NCBI GenBank assembly: GCA_943333275.1
Contig: CALQSQ010000004.1
Location: 4,909 to 68,908 of the forward strand
Source: Akkermansia muciniphila
GTDB taxonomy: Bacteria; Verrucomicrobiota; Verrucomicrobiia; Verrucomicrobiales; V1-33
DNA: 64,000 bases
Reading direction: 5' to 3'
This document shows positions 28,433 to 38,009 of this stretch, in pieces. The notes below the pieces were generated by a model. That model searched no databases, was not told the origin of the DNA, and saw only the letters and a list, made by a program, of their open reading frames with translations. Numbering within the stretch: position 1 is the stretch's first letter; every line of letters starts with the position of its first letter. Both the position numbers and the translations under genes were made by a program.

Positions 28433-30436
28433 TCAGGGGCTGGATTTGCCATATTTTTTCAGGAAATAAGTGCGGAAAAGGTCTCTTTCCACCGCGGTGA
28501 AAACCTGACCATAAAGAAAAACCTCCGCGACGTCTCCATGAAAAATCGTGGCCTCGTTCACCGCGCCTTCGGCACCAAGCCGCAACCGATTGATCACCGT
28601 GGCCGAAGCCAAATTGGTCAAGGAGGGACTGGCCGTAACCATGCCGCCGGAGTCGATCAGATGGATCTGGGCCTGTTTGGCCGGTGTGTCGAGCGTCAGA
28701 AGGATGCCGAAAAATTGGTCGCTGGCCGGCAGATCCACTGAGGAAACCGTGCCTCCTTCCGCCAGCGATCCAATGTTTAGTTTTCCACCTTCGCTGAAGA
28801 GTTGCCAGAGCGGCGCGTTGCCCACGGGTCCGAGCATAACGCGTTTTCCCGGCCCAGTCACAAAGCGGACGATCAGCCCATAGGTCATGCGAGGCTGATT
28901 GTGCTCACTCAGGCTGTTGGGTATGGCGGCCTGGAGATTGGTATCCGTGGCCAGCAGGAGGAAGGAGGTGCCTTCGAAATGCAGCACCTGAAACGTTTTG
29001 TTGATGAGACTGATCTCCCGGAGCACCGGCAGACGCCGCAATCGATCCGCTTCGGCCGCCCCGGTATTGATATAGTGGGCGCTGTTGGCACCGCCTGCGG
29101 GAGCCTGATCCTCCCAGAGATCCACGCGATCCCCCAATCGGGCCAGCGTTTCTCCGCGCTTGGTTTTGGGCCCAGTGTCGGACCGAAGCCAGAGGACGGG
29201 ATTCACCACGGGAGGAAAGTTTGGTTGAAACGCCGGCGGAGGTGGAGCCGATTTCATATAATTGGCCGCGACCAGAGCAATCCCCAGCGTGACCACCGCG
29301 GTCGAGATTCCAATCAGAATCAGCTTCGACTGGTTGCGGGACTTTGGGCTGCCCCCCACTTTGGGGCCGGCGGGCTGGGCCGTCAGCGTTCCCGGCAAGG
29401 GGGCACGCGGCGCGACTGGAGCGGGAGTCTGCGGCAAGGGACGATCGGCGATTACCTGGAGCGGGGGTTTGGGGATGGGTTTCGTGACCATGGGCGCGCG
29501 GGGGCCCGGTGGTCGGGGGACATTCGTCTTTGCAGCGGGCATTTCCTTTCGCACGGGGACGCTCGTGGTGGTGGCCTTGGGAATATTGGGCGCGAAGGTG
29601 AGCGATTTGATGGCTCCGGATTGGATTTTCAAAAAGGTGTCCAGCGCCTCCTCGGCAGATTTAGGCCGATGTTCCGGCTGCCGGTGCATCAGCCAAGCAA
29701 TCCATTGCGAAAGCGCCGGAGGCACATCCCCGCGCAGTCGTAGAATGGGCGTGGGAACCTGGTTGATATGGGCTGCGGCAATTTCCTCCATGCTTTTGCC
29801 CTCGAAGGGATAAGTGGCCGTGAGCGCATAATAAAAAACGCAGCCCAGCGAGTAAATGTCCGAACGGACGTCGGATCGCTCGCGCAGAAACTGCTCCGGC
29901 GACGTGAAATAGACCGATCCAAATATTTCCGCATCCGCACCCTCCGACGGCAACTGCGGCCGAACGGAGAAATCGGCTAGGCCAAAATCAAGCACCTTCA
30001 CCAGAAAATCCCCGTTCGGCAGCCAGTTCACCATGATGTTCGACGGTTTGATGTCGCGGTGCTGCACTCCCAACCGATGCGCCGCCACCAACCCCTCCAG
30101 CGACTGCCTCGCCACCGACGCAAAATCCCCCAGCGTCAGGGCACCACGCCGCAACGTCTGTTCCAGCGTTTCGCCATTGAGAAACTCCATCACGACGATC
30201 GGTTCCCCGTTCAGATCATCCAGATCGTAGACCGAGACAATATTCGGGTGCTGCAGCGAGGACAGAGCCCCCGCCTCCTTGCGCAAATCCGTCCCTACCC
30301 CCTTCCCTTCGCGCTGTTCCGGGGGCAGCAGGCGCTTGATGGCCACGTAGCGTTCGAGCCGCCGATCCCATGCCTTGAAGACCGTCCCGGCCCCTCCCTC
30401 CCCCAGGCGTTCGAGAATATCGTATCGTGATGACAT
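28433..30436 (-). CDS. Ser/Thr protein kinase with one TM segment and an extracytoplasmic LamG/lectin-like C-terminal domain
   Basis: Hanks kinase motifs are present (GEGGAGTVFKA, VAIK, HRDIKPSN, DFG). These are followed by a Pro-rich linker, the TM segment LILIGISTAVVTLGIALVAANY and a ~270-aa beta-rich domain. The start is at the internal Met (MSSRYDIL); the ORF extends to 30496. Confidence 0.85.
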   Translation of the reverse strand: MSSRYDILERLGEGGAGTVFKAWDRRLERYVAIKRLLPPEQREGKGVGTDLRKEAGALSSLQHPNIVSVYDLDDLNGEPIVVMEFLNGETLEQTLRRGALTLGDFASVARQSLEGLVAAHRLGVQHRDIKPSNIMVNWLPNGDFLVKVLDFGLADFSVRPQLPSEGADAEIFGSVYFTSPEQFLRERSDVRSDIYSLGCVFYYALTATYPFEGKSMEEIAAAHINQVPTPILRLRGDVPPALSQWIAWLMHRQPEHRPKSAEEALDTFLKIQSGAIKSLTFAPNIPKATTTSVPVRKEMPAAKTNVPRPPGPRAPMVTKPIPKPPLQVIADRPLPQTPAPVAPRAPLPGTLTAQPAGPKVGGSPKSRNQSKLILIGISTAVVTLGIALVAANYMKSAPPPPAFQPNFPPVVNPVLWLRSDTGPKTKRGETLARLGDRVDLWEDQAPAGGANSAHYINTGAAEADRLRRLPVLREISLINKTFQVLHFEGTSFLLLATDTNLQAAIPNSLSEHNQPRMTYGLIVRFVTGPGKRVMLGPVGNAPLWQLFSEGGKLNIGSLAEGGTVSSVDLPASDQFFGILLTLDTPAKQAQIHLIDSGGMVTASPSLTNLASATVINRLRLGAEGAVNEATIFHGDVAEVFLYGQVFTAVERDLFRTYFLKKYGKSSP

Positions 30437-30536
30437 GTGAGAGGAGAACCGGCGAAAAGATTGCAGACCAGTCCGGAAGAGTGCGAACCCTGACAACCCC
30501 GTGTCCTAAACCCGCTTTTTCACCCGCGACAACCAC

Positions 30537-30564
30537 AAAAAAGCGGATGCCTCGCAGCATCCGT
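30537..30564 (-). terminator. Rho-independent terminator downstream of rpsN
   Basis: The minus strand reads CGGATGC-TGCGAG-GCATCCG followed by C and T6. This is a 7-bp GC-rich stem with a 6-nt loop, 28-55 nt past the rpsN stop. Confidence 0.7.
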
Positions 30565-30591
30565 CTTTCGTAAAATTGGTTTGGCGTCAGC

Positions 30592-30861
30592 TTACCAGCT
30601 GGATTTGGTCACCCCGGGAATCATCCCGGAATTGGCCAGTTCACGGAAGGAAATCCGGCTCAGGGCAAAACGGCGCATGTAGGCGCGGCGGCGACCGGAG
30701 ACCTGGCAGCGGTTGACCAGACGCGTCGGGCTGGAGTCACGGGGCAGCATGGAAAGGCCGGCGTAATCGCCAGCAGCCTTCAACTCCGCACGGAGTTTAG
30801 CGTACTTTTCAACAGTTTTGCGTTTGCGTTTATCACGTTCGAGCCAGGAGGTTTTTGCCAT
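30592..30861 (-). CDS. rpsN: 30S ribosomal protein S14 (long, Cys-less form)
   Basis: [28 protein letters not shown]...[39 protein letters not shown] is unmistakably S14. It has no CxxC zinc ribbon. Confidence 0.95.
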   Translation of the reverse strand: MAKTSWLERDKRKRKTVEKYAKLRAELKAAGDYAGLSMLPRDSSPTRLVNRCQVSGRRRAYMRRFALSRISFRELANSGMIPGVTKSSW

Positions 30862-31107
30862 AGGAAGGCTGGCTATAATGGAAATTTCCCCCGGCGCAAG
30901 GAAAATTTCAGGGGCCGGGGGCCTATTTCTTCAAAATAATGACCAGCAGGGCGGCAATGGCAAAGACAATGATGGACCAGGAGAGGCCGCTGGATTTCAT
31001 GGCGGGAAGTGAGGATGAGAGTTTCATGCAGGGTGATCGTTGGACGCCTGCCGGGCCCAATTATTCGCGGCATTTGACGAATCCTCGCAAACAGGCTCCA
31101 TTGCGGG

Positions 31108-32187
31108 ATGGACAAATCAGCCAAAGACTTTCTCTTCGACCTCCTATCCACCCCCTCCCCCACGGGATTCGAAATGCCCGGGCAGCGCAAATGGGCCGCC
31201 TACGCCGGGCAGTTTGCCGATTCCGTGGATTGCGATGCCTACGGCTCCACCTGGGCCGAACTGGCCGGGAATGGCAAAAGCGAGGTCAAACTCATGCTCG
31301 AGGCCCATGCCGATGAGATCGGGTTCATGGTGAAACACATTTCCTCGGAGGGCTTCGTTTACATCGACCGCATCGGCGGCTCCGATTATGGAACAGCCCG
31401 GGGCCGCAAGGTGATCTTCCAAGGGGACAAGGGGGAGGTGAAGGGAATTATTGGGAACACGGCCATTCATATCCGGGATCGCTCCGGCGGGGAGAAAGCC
31501 CCGGAGGTGCACGAACTCTACGTGGATGTGGGAGCCTCAAATCCCAAGGATGTGGCGAAACTCGGCCTGCGCGTGGGCAATCCGGGTGTCTATGCGGATG
31601 GGCCCGAGGATTTTGGAGACGGCTTGATCGTGGGCCGGGCGCTGGATAATCGCATCGGTGGATTCATCATCGCCGAAGTCCTCAAGCGATTGAAAAAACA
31701 CCGCTCCAAGCTGGCCTGCTCCGTCATTGCGGTGAATGCCGTGCAGGAGGAAATCGGCGGCTATGGCGCCAAAATGGTCACGCACCGTCTCTTCCCCAGC
31801 GTCGCCCTCTGCCTGGATGTGACGCATGCCACGGACTCGCCGGGCATCGACAAAGCCAAGCACGGCGCGGTGAAACTGGGCGGCGGACCCAGCGTCACCC
31901 ACGGCACCTGCTGCCACCCCAATGTGATCCATCGCCTGCTCAAGGTGGCCGAAAAGGAATCCATCACCATCCAGCACGAATCCTCCTCACGCTATTCCGG
32001 AACGGACACCGATGACATCTTCTGCGTGCGCGAAGGCGTGCCCAGCGCCCTCATCTCCCTGCCCCTGCGCTACATGCACTCGGTCGTCGAAATGGTAGAC
32101 CTCAAGGATGTCGAAAAAGTCATCGCCCTCATGACCGCCTTCGCCCTCTCCATCAAGGCCTCGGACGCATTTGGACACCGACTCTAG
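31108..32187 (+). CDS. M42 family metallopeptidase (glutamyl aminopeptidase / FrvX-like)
   Basis: 359 aa. The M42 pattern is present (LLSTPSPTGFE, EAHADEIGFMV, DNRIG, QEEIG). Confidence 0.75.
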   Translation: MDKSAKDFLFDLLSTPSPTGFEMPGQRKWAAYAGQFADSVDCDAYGSTWAELAGNGKSEVKLMLEAHADEIGFMVKHISSEGFVYIDRIGGSDYGTARGRKVIFQGDKGEVKGIIGNTAIHIRDRSGGEKAPEVHELYVDVGASNPKDVAKLGLRVGNPGVYADGPEDFGDGLIVGRALDNRIGGFIIAEVLKRLKKHRSKLACSVIAVNAVQEEIGGYGAKMVTHRLFPSVALCLDVTHATDSPGIDKAKHGAVKLGGGPSVTHGTCCHPNVIHRLLKVAEKESITIQHESSSRYSGTDTDDIFCVREGVPSALISLPLRYMHSVVEMVDLKDVEKVIALMTAFALSIKASDAFGHRL

Positions 32188-32210
32188 CTACGGGAAGGCA
32201 GGCGTCCACC

Positions 32211-34715
32211 CTACGGCTGTTCCAGGCGATAAAATTTCCTGGGCCCGTCGATGACCTCCAGCACGTGATTCATGCCTCCCTCGACGTAGGGGGGAGATTC
32301 CACCAAGGCCCACGGACCGGGTCCCATGGTGGTGGAAAATTTCAGCAGGAGCGATGCCGGTGCGCTGGCCGGCCAGGTGACGTCCACGGCGTCTCCTCCC
32401 AGGGGCGCAATGGAAAGCGCCACCGTTCCAGTGCCGGCAAAAATGTGGATGTCATCCAGGAGGAGCGATTGATCCGCGACGGTTTCAGTGCATTCAAAGG
32501 TCAGTTGCGCGGTGGCACCTGCCGGGCTGAACACGATGGATTTCAAATTGTAGGGATTTCCCGGGCCCACTGCATCCTGGGCCTCCTCCACCACGGGACT
32601 GCCGTCGATCAACACGCGATAGGGCGCCGGCCCGGGGCTGTCACCACTGCGGGCATTTACCTGATACGTCAGCGTATAGGCTGCGCCGGGAGTCAGCCCC
32701 TCAATGACCTGGGCGAGTGAGGCGTGCTGTTGGAGAAACGCCACGCGATCCTGCGCTCCCGCCGTGCCATTGTCGCTAAAGGGACCCGCGCCATCCACGT
32801 TGAGACCATGCCCTCCGGTGGGTGTCCAACCCGCCAGGGCTCCCATGTATCCGGGATAAGCCAGCGGTCCTGATGCTTCAAAGCTGGGATTTTTAACCAC
32901 CACCTCTGCGGCAGTTTGCGGAACGATGCAGATGCCATCAAGCAACAGCGAGGCATCCCCGGAAGCAGCGGTCACGAACTCCAAAAGGCCGGAATCCGCG
33001 CCTGCCACAAAGGGCACATTGATGAAATGGAACGGCTGCCCGGCGCCGACCGGCGGCACCTGCAGGATCGTCGCCAGATTGACGCCCGCAAAGCGCACCG
33101 TCATATCAATGGTGCCCCCGCAGCAACCGCGCGCATTGTAAAATGCCTGGATGGCATAACTCTCACCGGGAACGAGATTGATGATCTGCTGCGTGAGCGC
33201 CTGCGGCCCGCCCTGGAGGAAGGCCGCATTGTCGCGGTCCGGCACCACTCCATTATCGAGGAACGGCATGAATCCATTGTTGATGCCGGAGGAAGGCGGG
33301 TTGTTGGACCAGGCGGGAATGGGGCCGTAGCCGACTCCGGGATTGGGCGGCCCGGCATCGAAACTTGGATTGCGCACGAGCGAGGTCACCCCGTTGATGG
33401 CCACCGTTCCATCCACGCCATCATGCCCTCCATTGTCCACGACCACCACCAACGTGGAACCGCGCGCCACTCCCTCCACCTGGGCCATTAGCGTCGTCTC
33501 CGGTCCTCCCTGCGGAAAGGTCAGACTGATTTCGCCATTTCCATTCGCTCCCACAAAATTGGCCACCGCCGGATTCGCCGTCCTAACGATGATCGTGCAC
33601 TCCCCATCCTGCAGCCTCCGCGCCGAGACCGTGAAGGAAACCGTTCCTTGCAGGCCCGGAGAAATTTCCAGAACCGCAGGGCTGACGCGCAGATTCGGAA
33701 TCGGTTCCACGACGACCCCCGCAACCCGGATGTCATCCAGAAGCACCGTTTGATCGCCCGCCGCCGTCTGCGCGAAACTCAGCAGGGCCGTCGTGCCGGA
33801 GGCCACGAAATTTGCCGAACCAGTGCGATAAGCCGCCGAAGTGCCCACGGGAGTGACGGAGGCATTAAAAATGGAACTTCCATTCACACTTACATCGAGC
33901 TGCGGCATGTTGCCGCTCCGAGCATTGTAGCGGAACCCCACCGCATACGTCTCCCCCGCCACCAGTCCCCTGATCGTTTGCGAAATCGCCACCGCCCCCT
34001 GCAGCACACCCACATGGTCCTGCTCGGGGATCATCCCATTGTCCGCATAGGGACCAGTGGGGTTGTTCACGCCCATGGGAATCGTGCTCGTCCATCCCGC
34101 CACGGCTGGAGCGAGCCCGGGATAAGGCGGAGTGGCGCTGGCTTCAAATCCCGGATTCATCACCACCACCTGACCCGCAGCCCGGAGGATAATACTGACG
34201 CTGTCAATCAAGGCCGTGGCATCCCCGGCCGCCAGTGTTGCAAAGGAAAGAGTCCCGGAACTGGCCGTTGGCGTAAAGGCGACATTTCGAAACTTGTAGC
34301 CCGCACCACCGGTCGAGGGAGTCACGCTCACAATGTTATCCAGCGTTGTCGCGTCCCACTTCGTCGCCAGATCGATGGAGCCGCCACAGCAGGCACGGGC
34401 ATCGTAAAAGAATTGAATCCAATACGTCTGCCCCGGCGTCAGTCCGGAGATGGTTTGACTCAGCGATCCGGAACCCTGTATAAATGCCGCCTGGGAGCGA
34501 TCCGGGATCGGCGTGCCGCCATTGTGAAACGGGCCGCTGGAATTATTCGATCCACTGCCTCCCGCCCATCCCCCGTTGGCTCCATAATGGGGGAACGCCG
34601 GGTTGTAGGAATCCTCAAAACTCGGGTTACTCACGAACCCGGCCAGCACTGGCACTGCGCAAGTCAGACAGAGATGCAGGACACCAGTTATGGAAGAGAG
34701 CGTTTTAATTTTCAT
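32211..34715 (-). CDS. Large secreted protein with four DUF642/CBM-like modules (A-B-Ig-A-B) and a C-terminal FYRL-ending module
   Basis: Signal peptide from the internal Met (MKIKTLSSITGVLHLCLTCAVPVLAG). Four NP[SG]FE-initiated ~150-aa modules are followed by the terminal ...RKFYRLEQP. Confidence 0.7.
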   Translation of the reverse strand: MKIKTLSSITGVLHLCLTCAVPVLAGFVSNPSFEDSYNPAFPHYGANGGWAGGSGSNNSSGPFHNGGTPIPDRSQAAFIQGSGSLSQTISGLTPGQTYWIQFFYDARACCGGSIDLATKWDATTLDNIVSVTPSTGGAGYKFRNVAFTPTASSGTLSFATLAAGDATALIDSVSIILRAAGQVVVMNPGFEASATPPYPGLAPAVAGWTSTIPMGVNNPTGPYADNGMIPEQDHVGVLQGAVAISQTIRGLVAGETYAVGFRYNARSGNMPQLDVSVNGSSIFNASVTPVGTSAAYRTGSANFVASGTTALLSFAQTAAGDQTVLLDDIRVAGVVVEPIPNLRVSPAVLEISPGLQGTVSFTVSARRLQDGECTIIVRTANPAVANFVGANGNGEISLTFPQGGPETTLMAQVEGVARGSTLVVVVDNGGHDGVDGTVAINGVTSLVRNPSFDAGPPNPGVGYGPIPAWSNNPPSSGINNGFMPFLDNGVVPDRDNAAFLQGGPQALTQQIINLVPGESYAIQAFYNARGCCGGTIDMTVRFAGVNLATILQVPPVGAGQPFHFINVPFVAGADSGLLEFVTAASGDASLLLDGICIVPQTAAEVVVKNPSFEASGPLAYPGYMGALAGWTPTGGHGLNVDGAGPFSDNGTAGAQDRVAFLQQHASLAQVIEGLTPGAAYTLTYQVNARSGDSPGPAPYRVLIDGSPVVEEAQDAVGPGNPYNLKSIVFSPAGATAQLTFECTETVADQSLLLDDIHIFAGTGTVALSIAPLGGDAVDVTWPASAPASLLLKFSTTMGPGPWALVESPPYVEGGMNHVLEVIDGPRKFYRLEQP
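32436..33380 (-). repeat. Intragenic repeat unit 2 (A2-B2 module pair, aa 462-776)
   Basis: A2 (LVRNPSFD...YNARGCCGGTIDM...) and B2 (KNPSFEAS...VNARSGD...LLDDIHIFAG) mirror unit 1. Confidence 0.65.
33720..34637 (-). repeat. Intragenic repeat unit 1 (A1-B1 module pair, aa 43-348)
   Basis: A1 (FVSNPSFE...YDARACCGGSIDL...) and B1 (MNPGFEAS...YNARSGN...LLDDIRVAG) are paralogous to A2 and B2 downstream. Confidence 0.65.
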
Positions 34716-34902
34716 GACTGAAAGGGATGGGAGTTGCCGCCCCCGCCGTTTTATAAGAAACAAATTTTTCCGTCAAGCTCTCCGCCTTTTGTCTGCGTGA
34801 AATTTTCCACCGTCAAAATTCAGCTTGGCAGCCAGAAGTGAACTCCGCACGCTCGCCCCGGATGATTCTCCGCTGACCACTTCCCTCCTCACCCCCTCAT
34901 CC

Positions 34903-35763
34903 ATGAAGCCATCCACACATTTTTTCCTCCTGCTGACCGGAGTCTGCTCAATTACCGGCCAGACACACGCAGTGATCCCGCTGGTACCCGGCTTCAATAT
35001 TGGTGGCCGCGCCGATGCCAATGACCAGAATGGAAGTTTCATCCAGGTGGCCTTCCATCAGGATCAGACCGGCACCCTCAATCCCCTGGGAAGCAGCATC
35101 CGGGCCGAGGACTTCGACCTCATGAACCCCGGTCGCAGTCTCGCCCTCACCACGGAGGGATCCGCCACTTGGGCCGATGCCGACCATGGCACCGTCACCT
35201 GGAGCAACATGGGCTGGGAAAGAAACACCATCGCCACCAACGCGGCCACGCTCAACAAGCTCGTCAGCGGACCCGTCTGGCATTAAATCTTCGAAGCCAC
35301 CTTCGACGGCATCCTCACTCTGGACTATGACGTGCGCGCCACCGGTGATCCCTTCGCGCTGGCTGGCCTCACCATTGGCTGGGATGGAGCAGGTGGAGGC
35401 CTCGATCTTTTCAATGCAGACGACCCCACCGCGCAGGGCACCTTCACCAGGAATGTAACTGCCGGAACCGAATACATCCTCCGCCTGGATAATGAAGGCA
35501 ACTTCAATTCCTCACCCGGCATCTTACCACCCTTTGGGAAAATGGATGCGGACTTCACTTGGAACATCGAACCCGTCCCGGAACCCTCCTCCCTCGCGCT
35601 CCTCGCCCTTGCCGGCATGGGCCTGGCGCGGCGGGCGCGCAAACCTGGCGGCCACCATTGGGGAATGGCTGTTCCGGTTTATTCCATATTGTGCTCGTTT
35701 GAAAGGAAAGGGGCCGATGGCGGGATTTGCCCTGACCAAGTTAGGGAAAGCCTATTTTGGTAG
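34903..35763 (+). pseudogene. PEP-CTERM-anchored secreted protein gene interrupted by an in-frame TAA at 35284-35286
   Basis: The signal peptide (MKPSTHFFLLLTGVCSITGQTHA) is on the 5' ORF. The PEP-CTERM motif (VPEPSSLALLALAGMGLARRARK, PEP at 35578-35586) is on the 3' ORF. Both are in the same frame and separated only by the TAA. Confidence 0.55.
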
Positions 35764-35858
35764 ACTAGCAACGTTTCATGCTATCCATTGCAAACATGCT
35801 GCAAAAATAGAATCGCTCCACATACACTCCAACGTTATTCACTCCGCAGTATTAAACT

Positions 35859-37751
35859 ATGAAAACTCAACTGCTCTCGATTGTCAGTGAAATCTCCATT
35901 CAGTCCATCTTTGAAGAATACAAGGGATGGATCATCCTCGTGGCCTCCATTCTGGTCCTTTGCCTGTTCTTCCGCCCGATTCTTCAACTGATGGGGGTCG
36001 TCATCGTCCCCGAGGACCGCATCGGACTCGTCACGAAAAAGTTCGTGCTCTTCGGCGCTGACAAGGAGATTCCGGCGGGACGGATCGTCGCCACCAAGGG
36101 GGAGGCGGGCTTCCAGGCGCAGACACTGGCACCCGGGATTTATTTCTGGAAATGGATCTGGCAGTTTGAAATCACGTTGCAACCGTTTGTGGTGATTCCG
36201 GACGGAGCCATTGGCCTGGTGATGGCCAAGGATGGCAAGGAACTCTCTCAGGGCTCAGTGCTGGCCAGCAAGGTGCAGAGCGATATGTTTCAGAATGCGG
36301 AATCGTTCCTCGTGAATGGCGGACAGAAAGGAAGGCAGGCCGCCTACCTCACGCCGGGAACGTATCGGGTAAATAGTTTTATCTTTGATGTTTCGCTGGC
36401 CAAAGTCACACAGATTAGAGAGAACATGGTGGGGATTGTGACCACGCTCGACGGCGCGCCGTTGCCTGAGGGACAAATTGCCGGCAAGATGATCGAAGGG
36501 CACAAGAATTTCCAGGATGCCGATGCCTTTCTGGCCAATGGCGGGAGTCGTGGATTGCAACCGCACGTCATTCTGGCCGGTTCCTATTTTCTGAATACAT
36601 GGTTTGTGCATGTGGAGGAAATGCCCATGACCGATGTTCCCATCGGCTATGTTGGGGTGGTGGTGAGTTATTCCGGGGAAGACGGCGAGGATCTCAGTGG
36701 GGTGGATTTCCGCCACGGCAACATTGTGCGCAAAGGCTGCAAAGGCGTCTGGGCGGAGCCGCTGGGGCCCGGCAAGTATCCGCTGAATAACTACATTTTG
36801 AATGTAGAATTCGTACCAACCACCAACCTTGTGCTGAACTGGGCCAACGCGCGCACCGAGGCTCACCAACTGGACAAACACCTTTCGACGATCACCGTTC
36901 GATCGAAAGACGGCTTCCCGTTCAATCTGGATGTCTCCCAGATCATTCACATTCCGATGACAGAAGCCAGCAAGGTTATCGCCCGCTTCGGCAACATGAA
37001 CAATCTCGTCTCCCAGGTGCTCGAACCCACAATCGGCAACTATTTCCGGAACAGTGCGCAGGACAGCGATGTCATCGCCTTCCTAAGCACGCGCAAGGAA
37101 CGCCAGCAATCAGCCAGGGAACACATCAACACCGTGCTCGAACAATACGATGTTAATGGCGTGGACACGCTCATCGGGGACATCGCACCCCCGGAATCGC
37201 TGATGAAAACGCTCACAGATCGGAAAATCGCCGAGGAGCAAAAGATCACCTACGACACCCAACGGATGGCCCAAGAAACGCGCCAGAACCTTGAAAAACA
37301 AACCGCCATCGCCGACATGCAACGCCAGATCGTGGAGGCGGACCAGGGGGTCCAGATCGCCGAGCGCGTGGCGGACTCCACGGTCAAAAAAGCGGAGGGT
37401 GATGCCGCCAGCGTGAAACTCAACGCTGCCGCCGAAGCCCAGCGCACCAAGCTCATCGCCGATGCCGAAGCCCAACGCATCACGCTCACCGGTAATGCCG
37501 AGGCGGAGAAAATCCTCGCCATCGGTAAAGCCAATGCCGAGGCCTACGAGCTTCAGGTCAAGGCCATGGGCGAGGACAACTTCACCCGCACCAAAATTGC
37601 GGAGACGCTGGGCCGCGAGAAAGTGAAACTCATCCCCGACATCCTCATCACCGGCGGTGGCGGAAGTGATAATAACGGTGCCCTCTCCGGTCTCCTGGGC
37701 CTGCGTCTGATGGAGGAACTCGGCGGCAAAAAGGGTCCTGAGAAATCTTAA
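35859..37751 (+). CDS. SPFH/band-7 domain protein, flotillin-like (YqiK class)
   Basis: An N-terminal membrane hairpin is followed by an SPFH core and a C-terminal Ala/Glu-rich coiled coil (AEAQRTKLIADAEAQRITLTGNAEAEKILAIGKANAEAYE) typical of flotillins. Confidence 0.75.
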   Translation: MKTQLLSIVSEISIQSIFEEYKGWIILVASILVLCLFFRPILQLMGVVIVPEDRIGLVTKKFVLFGADKEIPAGRIVATKGEAGFQAQTLAPGIYFWKWIWQFEITLQPFVVIPDGAIGLVMAKDGKELSQGSVLASKVQSDMFQNAESFLVNGGQKGRQAAYLTPGTYRVNSFIFDVSLAKVTQIRENMVGIVTTLDGAPLPEGQIAGKMIEGHKNFQDADAFLANGGSRGLQPHVILAGSYFLNTWFVHVEEMPMTDVPIGYVGVVVSYSGEDGEDLSGVDFRHGNIVRKGCKGVWAEPLGPGKYPLNNYILNVEFVPTTNLVLNWANARTEAHQLDKHLSTITVRSKDGFPFNLDVSQIIHIPMTEASKVIARFGNMNNLVSQVLEPTIGNYFRNSAQDSDVIAFLSTRKERQQSAREHINTVLEQYDVNGVDTLIGDIAPPESLMKTLTDRKIAEEQKITYDTQRMAQETRQNLEKQTAIADMQRQIVEADQGVQIAERVADSTVKKAEGDAASVKLNAAAEAQRTKLIADAEAQRITLTGNAEAEKILAIGKANAEAYELQVKAMGEDNFTRTKIAETLGREKVKLIPDILITGGGGSDNNGALSGLLGLRLMEELGGKKGPEKS

Positions 37752-38009
37752 GCTCGCAAGGTCCTGTTCCTTACTCACCCCCCGCGCGCCCAGTCGAACG
37801 CTGGCCGAGTGGCGGGCGGTTTCAAATTACAAATGGATCAAGGCTGACCTTGTGAGCGGAATTCCGGCATTGGAAGAATCGGTGAGAACCAACCGTGCGA
37901 TTGCCAATAGGAGCGATCCGCCGTGTCTGGGCATCATGGATAAGCGGAAGGGATTCACGCGCTTGTTGGGTCCAAATTTTCCAGAATTTTTTGTGAATAA
38001 TCCAATCAA

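Noticed and set aside
37752-38009. Possible terminators or an sRNA in the 258-nt convergent gap between the flotillin-like gene and nadC.
   Set aside because: I found only weak 5-bp stems (for example CAAGG-CTGA-CCTTG) with no T-tract. That is not enough to call a feature.
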